NCBI GenBank assembly: GCA_045863855.1
Contig: BTVV01000086.1
Location: forward strand, 1 to 25,831
From: Planctomycetota bacterium
GTDB lineage: Bacteria > Planctomycetota > SZUA-567 > H5-PLA8
Direction: 5' to 3'
DNA: 25,831 nt
Positions 1 to 8,010 of this stretch are shown piece after piece. A program made the position numbers and the translations under genes. Below the pieces are notes generated by a model. It had not been told where the DNA came from. It worked only from the letters and a program-made list of their open reading frames with translations, and ran no database searches. Positions within the stretch are counted from its first letter, which is position 1. Every line of letters begins with the position of its first letter.

Positions 1-633
1 CATGCTGAAGGCCCAATCGGTGAGCACCACGGTCCTTAATTCCTCAAGCTGCTTGCGTTTGTCTTCGCGCCTCAATCGCTCGCGTTCGGCCCATTCCGCA
101 TCGCTCAAGCCCGCCGGTTTGGGCAATTCGGGCATGCGGCCTTCCGGCACCAGCCGGATGCGCTCGCCCAACGGAGCCTCCAGCACGTAGCGCCAGCCCA
201 AGCCCCATCCGGAGCTGAAATGCCACTCGTCGACGAACAGCAGCACCAGCCGTGCCTGCTTCATCCGCTCGCGGTGATCGGTGTAAAAGCGCAGCGCGTC
301 GTACGGCCGGCCCGCCTGAATGCCCAGGTTGACCGTACTGAACTCCGGCAACCCCAGCGCTTCGTCGAGTTGCCTGGGCACCACCGCGTCCTGGGCGCGG
401 GACGTCCCCAGCACCACGACGCGCGGATGTTCGAACTTCGGAATCACGTCGGTTTCGAAAAAGGTGAACACGCCCAGCCGGCTGCGCGACGAACTGTACA
501 GCCACGGATCGGGAACCACGCGCAAACCCAGCTCGATCAACCCCAACAACGCCACCACGCCCAGCGCCGTGGCGGGGAAGCGCAAGCCGAAGCCGGCGAA
601 CGAATCAGAACTGAAAATAGATGAACGGGACAT
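1..633 (-). CDS. SGNH/DltD-like membrane-anchored protein, partner of the MBOAT O-acyltransferase (3' part beyond window)
   Basis: Not in the ORF track because there is no stop before the edge. Read manually from ATG at 633: MSRSSIFSSDSFAGFGLRFPATALGVVALLGLIELGLRVVP...PRVVVLGTSRAQDAV...STVNLGIQAG...LVLLFVDEW, open to position 1. Has an N-terminal TM helix, a block-I-like GTSR motif and an NLG motif. Overlaps the MBOAT 3' end by 29 nt. Confidence 0.8.
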   Translation of the reverse strand, partial: MSRSSIFSSDSFAGFGLRFPATALGVVALLGLIELGLRVVPDPWLYSSSRSRLGVFTFFETDVIPKFEHPRVVVLGTSRAQDAVVPRQLDEALGLPEFSTVNLGIQAGRPYDALRFYTDHRERMKQARLVLLFVDEWHFSSGWGLGWRYVLEAPLGERIRLVPEGRMPELPKPAGLSDAEWAERERLRREDKRKQLEELRTVVLTDWAFSM

Positions 634-2053
634 TTTCCGTCCTTCGAGACAGTATGACCCAAACCAAAAGCGTCGTGAACCCCAGCACCTTCCAGGCGTA
701 GGGCCAGCGCAGCAGCACCGTGTGGCTGCGCTTCCAGTACTGCGGAATATCGACCAGCGCCAACAGGCTGACCACGGCGGCGATCATCAGGCTGATATCG
801 TCGGAGTCGAACCGGACCGCATCCGAGCCCGCTAGCGCGCCGCGCCAAGTCAAGATTCCGCTCAGGTAGTCGAACGCATGCGCGAAGGTGCCCGCGCGGA
901 AGAAAATCCAAGTGAGCGCCACCAAGTGAAACGTAATCAGCACCTTGACGAGATAGACCGCAAAGCGCGCAAACGTATCTTTCGGCGGTATGTCCATCGG
1001 CTTCGTGCCGCCCAGGATACGTTTGTGCACAGCCAAGTACAGTCCGTGCAGCACGCCCCAGACGACGAACGCCCAGCTCGCGCCATGCCACAGTCCGCCC
1101 AGCGTCATGGTCAGCATCAGGTTGCGGTAGCCCATGGCCGGCCCGCCCCGGTTGCCGCCCAACGGAATATACAAATAGTCACGCAGCCACGTCGAAAGGC
1201 TGATGTGCCAGCGACGCCAGAATTCGGTGATGCTGGCCGAGAAATACGGCTGCTGAAAGTTCTCCATCAGATTGAAGCCCATCATCCGGGCCAGTCCGCG
1301 CGCCATGTCGCTGTAGCCGGAAAAGTCGGCGTAAATCTGGATCGAGAACGCGTAGAGCCCCCATAGCAAGGTAGCTCCCGAGCATCGTTCGGGAGCATGG
1401 AACGCCAATTCGGCCATGGGCGCCAGCGTGTCCGCGACTGCGACTTTTTTGAACAGGCCGATCACGATCAGCGCCGCACCTTCGCACCAGCCCTCCCAGG
1501 TCATGCGGCGCGGCTGCTCGACCTGCGGAAGCAGATTCGACGCGCGCTCGATGGGACCGGCCACCAGTTGCGGAAAGAAGCTCACGAAGAGCGCGAAATC
1601 CCAGAAGTTTCGCGCCGGCTTGAGCGAGCCGCGATACACGTCGATCGTGTAGCTCATCGTTTGAAAGGTGTAGAAGCTGATCCCGACCGGAAGGACGATT
1701 TCCAGTGTCGGGCGGTGCGCCTCGAAGCCCAGCGCGCCTAGCATTCCCACCGTCGAATCGACGAAGAAATTGAAGTACTTGAAGAACCCCAGCAGCCCCA
1801 GGTTCACGACCATGCTGATCCACAGCCATTTCTTACGATGCGGAGAATCGGGCGAGTCGGCAATCTTTAAGCCCATCGCGTAATCGACGACGGAGCTAAA
1901 GACCATCAGCGAAAGAAAACGCCAATCCCACCAGCCGTAAAAGAGGTAGCTGCCCACGAGCAGCAGAAGGTTTTGAGCCCTGTGCGAGAGCACTCCGTAA
2001 AGCGAAAAGAGAACGCTGAAGAAGATCCAGAAGGTGAACGAGTTGAAAAGCAT
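605..2053 (-). CDS. MBOAT family O-acyltransferase (AlgI/DltB-like)
   Basis: Hydrophobic 482 aa with family motifs LPVGISFYTFQTMSY, FFPQLVAGPIER, IYADFSGYSDMA, FWRRWHISLSTWLRDYLYIPLGG, GLWHGA (catalytic His) and C-terminal FIYFQF. Confidence 0.96.
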   Translation of the reverse strand: MLFNSFTFWIFFSVLFSLYGVLSHRAQNLLLLVGSYLFYGWWDWRFLSLMVFSSVVDYAMGLKIADSPDSPHRKKWLWISMVVNLGLLGFFKYFNFFVDSTVGMLGALGFEAHRPTLEIVLPVGISFYTFQTMSYTIDVYRGSLKPARNFWDFALFVSFFPQLVAGPIERASNLLPQVEQPRRMTWEGWCEGAALIVIGLFKKVAVADTLAPMAELAFHAPERCSGATLLWGLYAFSIQIYADFSGYSDMARGLARMMGFNLMENFQQPYFSASITEFWRRWHISLSTWLRDYLYIPLGGNRGGPAMGYRNLMLTMTLGGLWHGASWAFVVWGVLHGLYLAVHKRILGGTKPMDIPPKDTFARFAVYLVKVLITFHLVALTWIFFRAGTFAHAFDYLSGILTWRGALAGSDAVRFDSDDISLMIAAVVSLLALVDIPQYWKRSHTVLLRWPYAWKVLGFTTLLVWVILSRRTENVPFIYFQF

Positions 2054-2174
2054 GGCACCTGGATCGCGGCCGGATCGCGCGCGACCTCCTCCAACCTCTT
2101 GGTATGAAGCGCCGGGATTATCGCAGAAAGGTTCGGCGGCATCCAGGACCGGGCGGTCCTGTTGCGCCGGATCG

Positions 2175-3452
2175 CTACGAACCGACCAACGCGGCCCAGC
2201 CCCAGTCGATGTGATCGCCGGAGTCGTCGCCGTCGGGGCCGAAATCCACTTCGAGCGTGAGCGTCCCGCCCTTGGAAACTTCGACGCTGACCGGAACCGC
2301 GCCGGACTCGGGGGTCAGGAGCTTGGATTCCCAAAGCGGCTGTCCGTCCAAAAGCACGCGGGCGATGGCCGCTCCGCGCCCCTGAGTCTCGTCGTCGATC
2401 CCTACACGCGCCACGAACTTGCGGCCCGGCGCGGGCTTGAGTACCCACGAGAGCTTCGATTTGGCATGCACGCCAATGCCCCGGTCGCACGGCAAACCTC
2501 CCATGCGCATCAACTGGCCGTCGCAGGAGAGGTTCATCCGCGCAGGGAATTCCGCGTCGAAACCGGGGATATGGATACTCTCCTTAGGCGTCAAACTCGA
2601 AAGCCAAGTCAATCCGCTGCCTTCGCCCCCGGCCGGATAAAGCACCGCCAACGTATCGCGCGGAAGGTCCAGCTTTCCGGCGAAGCGCGTCTCGAGCGTC
2701 AAAGCGTTGGCGTCGATCTTCAGCACTCGTCCGCGAAGTACGTCGCCGGCTTTCATCCGCACCAGCGCTTCCAAACCCGGAGCCCCCTTTTTCTCCGGCG
2801 CCAGCGGCTCGGTCTTGAACTCCACCAACCGCACCACGTCGCGGCCGGGCGTGGCGTAGTTCCCGCCAGGAAGCTCGATAAAGGCCTTCTCTTTGAAGCG
2901 CGCTAACTGGCCTTCGACAACTTCGAGATTACGGTAAGTCACGCGGTGGCGTTGCCCCGGCCGCACGCTCAGCGGCGCACCTTCCGATTCGCTGGCCGTG
3001 TCGTTCAGTGCCGCGAGCAGCCGCGCATAGCCGCCCAACGCAGGGAAATTCTCCGGCATCCCGGGCGGAAGAGCGAAAAACGCGCCTGAAAGTTCGGCCC
3101 GCGCCAGGTCCAGGCTCTTGCCCAACGAAGTCGCGCTGACCGTGGCTTTGTCGCCCACCAGCGCGTCCAGTTCTCCGGCCAGGAGCGATCCATCGCGCAG
3201 GCAGACGCCATTGGCCAGGCGCTGCGGAGCCGCAGCATTCGAAAAACGGATCAGCAATACCTGTCCGGCATCGACGGCCGTCGCACCGACCTTAAAGCTG
3301 TGCCCTGCGCCGCCGATCGTACCTTCCAGCCGTTCGCCGTCGGCACGATACAGTTCCTCGCCCTGCGCCGCCCAAACCATGGCGCAGCCCCAGAGCGCAA
3401 GGCCCCAGCACCATCCCAACGCGGGACGCGAATCGTTCTTCCAAAGCCGCAT
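2175..3452 (-). CDS. Secreted NPCBM/NEW2 domain-containing protein
   Basis: Signal-peptide-like N-terminus (ALWGCAMVWAAQG). C-terminal NPCBM pattern RGIGVHA...FVARVGIDD...VLLDGQPLWES...VPVSVEV...LTLEVD.G.D.DSGDHIDWG. ATG 3452 is preceded by AAGGTG; the alternative start is GTG 3461. Confidence 0.85.
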   Translation of the reverse strand: MRLWKNDSRPALGWCWGLALWGCAMVWAAQGEELYRADGERLEGTIGGAGHSFKVGATAVDAGQVLLIRFSNAAAPQRLANGVCLRDGSLLAGELDALVGDKATVSATSLGKSLDLARAELSGAFFALPPGMPENFPALGGYARLLAALNDTASESEGAPLSVRPGQRHRVTYRNLEVVEGQLARFKEKAFIELPGGNYATPGRDVVRLVEFKTEPLAPEKKGAPGLEALVRMKAGDVLRGRVLKIDANALTLETRFAGKLDLPRDTLAVLYPAGGEGSGLTWLSSLTPKESIHIPGFDAEFPARMNLSCDGQLMRMGGLPCDRGIGVHAKSKLSWVLKPAPGRKFVARVGIDDETQGRGAAIARVLLDGQPLWESKLLTPESGAVPVSVEVSKGGTLTLEVDFGPDGDDSGDHIDWGWAALVGS

Positions 3453-3499
3453 GTCGATCACCTTAGCCTACACCGCCTGACCTGTCGAGTTGACCGGAT

Positions 3500-4399
3500 T
3501 CACGCGCGCTTGCGAGCCCGGATAAAGCGATCCTTCCCATTCAGATCGCGCGCCACTTCTACGGCTTCGAAATCGCCCCGAGCGTCGATACGAGCGCTCA
3601 GCGCGTCGGCATGCGCGGGGGCGATCTCGAGCCCCATCCAGCCGCCGCTTTCCAGCCACGCCCCCGCCTCATCCACGATCCGGTCCAGCACCGCGCGCCC
3701 GGCGGCTTCGGCAAAGAGCGCCTGAGCCGGCTCGTGGTCGCGCACCTCCGGCTGCAATCCGGAACGTTCCGCCGGATCGATGTACGGCGGATTGGATAGC
3801 AGCAGGCCGACCCGGCCGCGCAACTCGGCCGGCAGCGGCGCAAAAAGATCGCCTTCCAGCCAAGTGACCCGCTCGCTCAAGTTCAGCGCGGTGCCGTTCT
3901 CTCGCGCAACCTCTAGTGCCGCCGCGTTGGCATCGACCGCCCATACTTTAGTCCGCAGATCCTGCGCCGCCGTATAAAGCGCCAGGCAACCGCTGCCCGT
4001 ACCGAGATCGACGGCCTTCAGTTCCTCACCGGCGCGTTCCTTCAACCGTTCGACGCCCCAAGCCGCCAATTCTTCGGTTTCTGGCCGCGGAATGAGCACC
4101 GCCGGCGTGACCTTCAGCTTTAACCCCAAAAACGGAGCATGACCCATGACGTACTGCAGCGGCTCGCGCAATTCGCCGCGGCGTTTAACGAATGCGCGGA
4201 ACTTTTCCAGATGTTCCGGAGCCACCGGCTTTTCGAAATCGACGTACAGCCGCACCCGGTCGCAACCCAGAACCTCGGCCAGCAGCAACTCGGCCTGCAA
4301 GCGCGGCGAATCGACCTCCTTCTTGCGGAAGTAGTCGGCAGTCCATTTGATCAGGTCCAGGGATGTCCAGACGCGCGCCGCGCCTTGGGTTTCGGACAT
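3500..4399 (-). CDS. prmC: Release factor glutamine methyltransferase
   Basis: EPLQY, VLIPRPETE, DLGTGSGC SAM motif, NPPY; lies 3 nt downstream of prfA. Confidence 0.97.
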   Translation of the reverse strand: MSETQGAARVWTSLDLIKWTADYFRKKEVDSPRLQAELLLAEVLGCDRVRLYVDFEKPVAPEHLEKFRAFVKRRGELREPLQYVMGHAPFLGLKLKVTPAVLIPRPETEELAAWGVERLKERAGEELKAVDLGTGSGCLALYTAAQDLRTKVWAVDANAAALEVARENGTALNLSERVTWLEGDLFAPLPAELRGRVGLLLSNPPYIDPAERSGLQPEVRDHEPAQALFAEAAGRAVLDRIVDEAGAWLESGGWMGLEIAPAHADALSARIDARGDFEAVEVARDLNGKDRFIRARKRA

Positions 4400-4402
4400 G
4401 GG

Positions 4403-5494
4403 TCAGTTCGCCGTGGAGGCCGGGTTTCCGGCGCTTTCGCGTTTGCGCGCGGCCTTCAGCTTGGCGATCAGTTCGTCGAGGCGTCCGGCGATGATGCTTT
4501 CCACCGGCCAGTTCTTGTCGTCGCCTTCGAGACGGTGATCGGTGCAGCGGCCCTGCGGAAAATTGTACGTACGGATGCGCTCGCTTCGTTCGCCCGAGCC
4601 CATCTGCCCCAAGCGCTGGTCGCTGCGTTCCTGCTCGACCCTCATCTTTTCGAGCGCGTACAGTTTGGCGCGCAGAATCTGCCACGCGCGCTCGCGATTC
4701 GTCTTCTGGCTGCGCGTTTCCATGCAGTGAACGATGATGCCGCTGGGTACATGCCGCAACTGGCACTGCGTGGCCACTTTATTGACGTTCTGACCGCCGG
4801 GGCCGCCCGCGCCGCAGAATTTCTCTTCCACGTCCTTCGGATCGATCTTGACTTCGACTTCTTCGACCTCGGGCAGGATTGCGACGCGCACCATGCTGGT
4901 GTGAATGCGCCCCTGCGTCTCAGTGGCCGGAACGCGCTGCACGCGATGTCCGCCGCCTTCGAAGCGCAGATCGCCAAATGCCCCCGCGCCTTCGACCCGG
5001 AAGGAAATGTCGTTAAAGCCGCCAGCGTTACCTTGCGATAGATTCAGGACCGTGAGCTTCCAGCCTTTGCGTTCGATATAGCGCTTATACATATCGAACA
5101 GGTCGGCCGCGAAGAGCGCCGCTTCGTCACCGCCGGTGCCTTTGTAGATCTCGAAGATGACGTTGCGTCCGGCATCTTCGTCCAGATCCTCGCTATCGGC
5201 CAGTTCGAGCAGCTTGGCGCGCGCCTGATCCATGCGCCCCCGCGCTTCCGGAACCTGCTCCTGCGCCATCTCCTTAAGTTCGGCATCGGACGACGCGTCT
5301 TTGAGGATCGACTCGGCTTCCTTCAGATCGGCTTCGGCCTTGGCGTAAGGCTCGAACAGTTCGCCCAACTGCCCCATGCGCCCGTATTCGCGCAGCCAGC
5401 CGGCGTATTCCGGCCGCGCCGGTGACGTCGGATCGGCGATGAGCTTCTGCAGTTCCAGGTAGCGCCGGCCGCGCTTTTCGATCTCTTCCCACAT
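4403..5494 (-). CDS. prfA: Peptide chain release factor 1
   Basis: GTGGDEAALFA, HRVQRVPATE (PxT tripeptide of RF1), GPGGQNVNK (GGQ), RSERIRTYNFPQGRCTDHR. Confidence 0.97.
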   Translation of the reverse strand: MWEEIEKRGRRYLELQKLIADPTSPARPEYAGWLREYGRMGQLGELFEPYAKAEADLKEAESILKDASSDAELKEMAQEQVPEARGRMDQARAKLLELADSEDLDEDAGRNVIFEIYKGTGGDEAALFAADLFDMYKRYIERKGWKLTVLNLSQGNAGGFNDISFRVEGAGAFGDLRFEGGGHRVQRVPATETQGRIHTSMVRVAILPEVEEVEVKIDPKDVEEKFCGAGGPGGQNVNKVATQCQLRHVPSGIIVHCMETRSQKTNRERAWQILRAKLYALEKMRVEQERSDQRLGQMGSGERSERIRTYNFPQGRCTDHRLEGDDKNWPVESIIAGRLDELIAKLKAARKRESAGNPASTAN

Positions 5495-5500
5495 GCAATC

Positions 5501-5529
5501 AGTCTACGGTGTGGAGCCGATTTTCACAA
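5501..5529 (-). promoter_or_regulatory. Sigma70-type promoter for prfA, placed to give a leaderless mRNA
   Basis: Minus strand: TTGTGA (5529-5524), 17 nt, TAGACT (5506-5501), 6 nt, ATG (5494). No Shine-Dalgarno sequence. Confidence 0.6.
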
Positions 5530-5552
5530 TTGGCGAGTGCCGCGCACTGTCC

Positions 5553-5581
5553 TTGACGAATGCCAGCGCTGCGGCTATCAA
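5553..5581 (+). promoter_or_regulatory. Sigma70-type promoter for tRNA-Pro
   Basis: TTGACG (5553-5558), 17 nt, TATCAA(T) (5576-5582), then a GC-rich discriminator-like GGCGCCCTCGCCC typical of stable-RNA promoters. Confidence 0.6.
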
Positions 5582-5652
5582 TGGCGCCCTCGCCCGTACC
5601 GGAACGCGCGCCCGCCGTTCGCACGCTATCCGCACAGGCCGTGTCCACCCGT

Positions 5653-5730
5653 CGGGGCGTAGCTCAGCTTGGCTAGAGCGCTGCGTTCGGGACGCAGAGG
5701 TCGCAGGTTCAAATCCTGTCGCCCCGACCA
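5653..5730 (+). tRNA. tRNA-Pro (anticodon CGG)
   Basis: Acceptor stem CGGGGCG/CGCCCCG, D arm GCTC..GAGC, anticodon arm CTGCG-TT-CGG-GA-CGCAG, T arm GCAGG-TTCAAAT-CCTGT, encoded 3' ACCA. Confidence 0.98.
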
Positions 5731-5739
5731 CCACCTGTT

Positions 5740-5818
5740 AAGTTCGGCCTGAGGTAATCGCCGCAGCCAGACACTCGTCGGAGGCGGCTTTTATCCACCA
5801 AGGCCCCACTTTTTTATT
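5740..5818 (+). terminator. Imperfect long hairpin plus T-run downstream of tRNA-Pro (putative terminator)
   Basis: Nested pairings aagt/actt, ggcct/aggcc, gccgc/gcggc, gac/gtc, followed by TTTTTATT. Confidence 0.4.
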
Positions 5819-5951
5819 CAACGTCGTTTCGGTTTATAAGTTGGCAGGCTCTCGTCGCTCGCCGCAGGCGGAATATGCGATACCGCAGCGACTGCGAAAA
5901 AACGGGACCGGTGGTGGGGAACCTAAGCCTTTTCGGAGCGTGCCCCGTTGC

Positions 5952-7910
5952 TTATTTGCACTGCTCGAGAAATTGCGCCGCCGGTTTTCCGTTCACCGTC
6001 GTAAGCGTTTTGATTTTACGCAGATGGGCGCCTATTTCGGGACTGGGCTTGGGGTCGAAGGTCAAATTCTTCAAGCCGGGCATCTCGCCTAAAGGCGAGT
6101 AATCCTTGATCCGCGGGCACGCGGCAACGTTCAACACCGCGATCTTGCTTCCGCGCAGCGGCGCCAAATCGAATACGCGCGAATTGTATGCTTGCAGTTC
6201 GACCAACTCCGGCAGGTGCGCCAATGGCGCGATGTCCAACTTGCCTTCATGACCCATGATGACACCGGTCTCCAGCCGCTGCAGGCTCTTGAGCGCGCGC
6301 AGCGGAGAAATATCGTTCAGATGCTGACCGTCGATCTTGAGCCCGACGATGACTCCGTTCCCCACCTGGGAACGCACCTTCGTATCGGGGAGATTGGGAT
6401 TCAGCTCTTTCAGCTTCGCATGCACCGCCTCGACCTGGTCTTCCGGTTTTAAACTCGCAACGGCCGCGATCCACGCGTCCGTGACGGGGCCCGGCCTTTT
6501 GAAGCCCCAGTCGGCGGCAGCGGCCAGCCACGCCGCGAAGCGCGGCTGCGCGCGGTAGAGCGTCAGCGTTCCGGCGTGTTGCGTGCGTGCGCGCTCGATC
6601 AGACCCGGTACCGACTCCCAATCCTTGGCGTCCGCTTTTGCGGCCAGCGCTTGCAAGTCCGCTTCCGCGGCAAGCTCGCGCATCCGCGCTTCCAGCCGTT
6701 CGCGAACGTGCGCGCATAGTGCCGGTGTCGAGCCGCCGGCCTGCGCCGCTCCCGCCTGCTCCACCAATGCCTTGATCCCCGAAGCATCCGCCTTGGCGCT
6801 CGAGCCGTACCACACCGGCACTTGAGCAAAGACCAGCTTGATGCCGCTGTCGGCTACTTGCGCGAGACCCATGCGCATCAATTCCCCGCGCGTCTCAGAG
6901 TCCAATTCGTCGAGTTTCCACTTTTGCTGCGCGCTGGCGCCTTTGCCCAGCGCAATCTCGAGCGTAAATTCGCCATCCTTGAAACCCGTGATTCGGGCCG
7001 GCTTCCCTGCACCGGTCTCGATCGCCTGTCCCCCGACCTTGACCAGCTTGAAGTCGGGCTTTCGCGAAGCCGCTTGCTCCGCTCCAGCTGTTAACGCTCG
7101 CTCCAACTCAGCCGCGGACTGCGCCAGCGCCTCATCGAGCTTCAAGGCCTCCGTGAAACCCTCAAGCCGAGGGTCCTGCCGCGCGCGTTCCAGTCGCTTC
7201 AATGCGGACGCTAGATCGCGCACCGCCAGCCGGCCCATGAACTCGCCGTAGTATTCCTCGTAGTACAACCGGGGTTCCATCGTATCCTCGACCGGAGTCT
7301 TCGGTGGCGCTTGGGGCACCGGGGGGGCCGGGGCTTTCTGAACAGGTTCCGGCGTGACCGGAGCGGCCACGGTAGGAGGCTCGGGTTTAGGCTGCGGTGC
7401 TTCCACTTTCACGGCCAACGGTTCCGGTTTTGGCGTATGGATCGGCGCAGGGTGTTCGAGTTCGGGCAACGACGTCTCCACCACCGGCCGTGGCGCGGCA
7501 CCGGTGGCAGGCTGTCCGGCGGCCACCTTCTTTTCGCGTTGGGGCCCGGAACCGCTGCTCAAGACCACCATCACGACGATACAGCCGATTGCCACCACGC
7601 CGCCTACGACCAGCAGATGAGGTTGCATGGGTGCTTGAACCGGCTTGGGCCGCGCTTGCGCCGTAGCGGCGCGCCGAGCCGTGGCCGGTGCGGAGGGTTT
7701 TAGGCGATCCGTTTGCGGTTGAGCCGGCGCCGCCTGTTGCGTCAGCTCCAGAGCTTGCTCTTCGGTTAGGGGCAGCGTTTCGAGCGTCATGACGCCTTCG
7801 GCGCAATCCGTGCAATACACGCCGCGGATCTTCTTGTCCTTGGCCTTCCCCATCTCGATTTCGCGGTCGGTCAGGCGTTTGCCGCACTTCTCGCAAAAGA
7901 AGAATTTCAT
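5952..7910 (-). CDS. Single-pass membrane protein: N-terminal CxxC..CxxC zinc finger, Pro-rich stalk, helical region, C-terminal leucine-rich repeats
   Basis: MKFFFCEKCGK...GVYCTDCA; TM LLVVGGVVAIGCIVVMVVL; Pro/Glu-rich linker; LRR units DISPLRALKSLQRL, DIAPLAHLPELVEL, DLAPLRGSKIAVL, DYSPLGEMPGLKNL. Confidence 0.85.
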   Translation of the reverse strand: MKFFFCEKCGKRLTDREIEMGKAKDKKIRGVYCTDCAEGVMTLETLPLTEEQALELTQQAAPAQPQTDRLKPSAPATARRAATAQARPKPVQAPMQPHLLVVGGVVAIGCIVVMVVLSSGSGPQREKKVAAGQPATGAAPRPVVETSLPELEHPAPIHTPKPEPLAVKVEAPQPKPEPPTVAAPVTPEPVQKAPAPPVPQAPPKTPVEDTMEPRLYYEEYYGEFMGRLAVRDLASALKRLERARQDPRLEGFTEALKLDEALAQSAAELERALTAGAEQAASRKPDFKLVKVGGQAIETGAGKPARITGFKDGEFTLEIALGKGASAQQKWKLDELDSETRGELMRMGLAQVADSGIKLVFAQVPVWYGSSAKADASGIKALVEQAGAAQAGGSTPALCAHVRERLEARMRELAAEADLQALAAKADAKDWESVPGLIERARTQHAGTLTLYRAQPRFAAWLAAAADWGFKRPGPVTDAWIAAVASLKPEDQVEAVHAKLKELNPNLPDTKVRSQVGNGVIVGLKIDGQHLNDISPLRALKSLQRLETGVIMGHEGKLDIAPLAHLPELVELQAYNSRVFDLAPLRGSKIAVLNVAACPRIKDYSPLGEMPGLKNLTFDPKPSPEIGAHLRKIKTLTTVNGKPAAQFLEQCK

Positions 7911-8010
7911 GGCTCGTTCCAGCCTGCTTGGACTCTTGGAAAGTGCTAACCCTGCTTCGAACAGTATATGCGTGAGGCGCCCCCGATGGGGGCCAGAAAT
8001 TCCGGCGGTG

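Noticed and set aside
5493..5741. Short ORFs of 82 and 76 aa over the tRNA
   Set aside because: Translations of the tRNA and its promoter
5700..5950. tRNA-Pro as an island or prophage attachment site
   Set aside because: No integrase, and I saw no duplicate of the tRNA 3' end in the window
7928..7949. CIRCE-like sequence (minus strand TTAGCACTTTCCAAGAGTCCAA) upstream of the LRR gene
   Set aside because: Spacer is 5 nt rather than 9 and the right arm is defective, so it does not fit TTAGCACTC-N9-GAGTGCTAA
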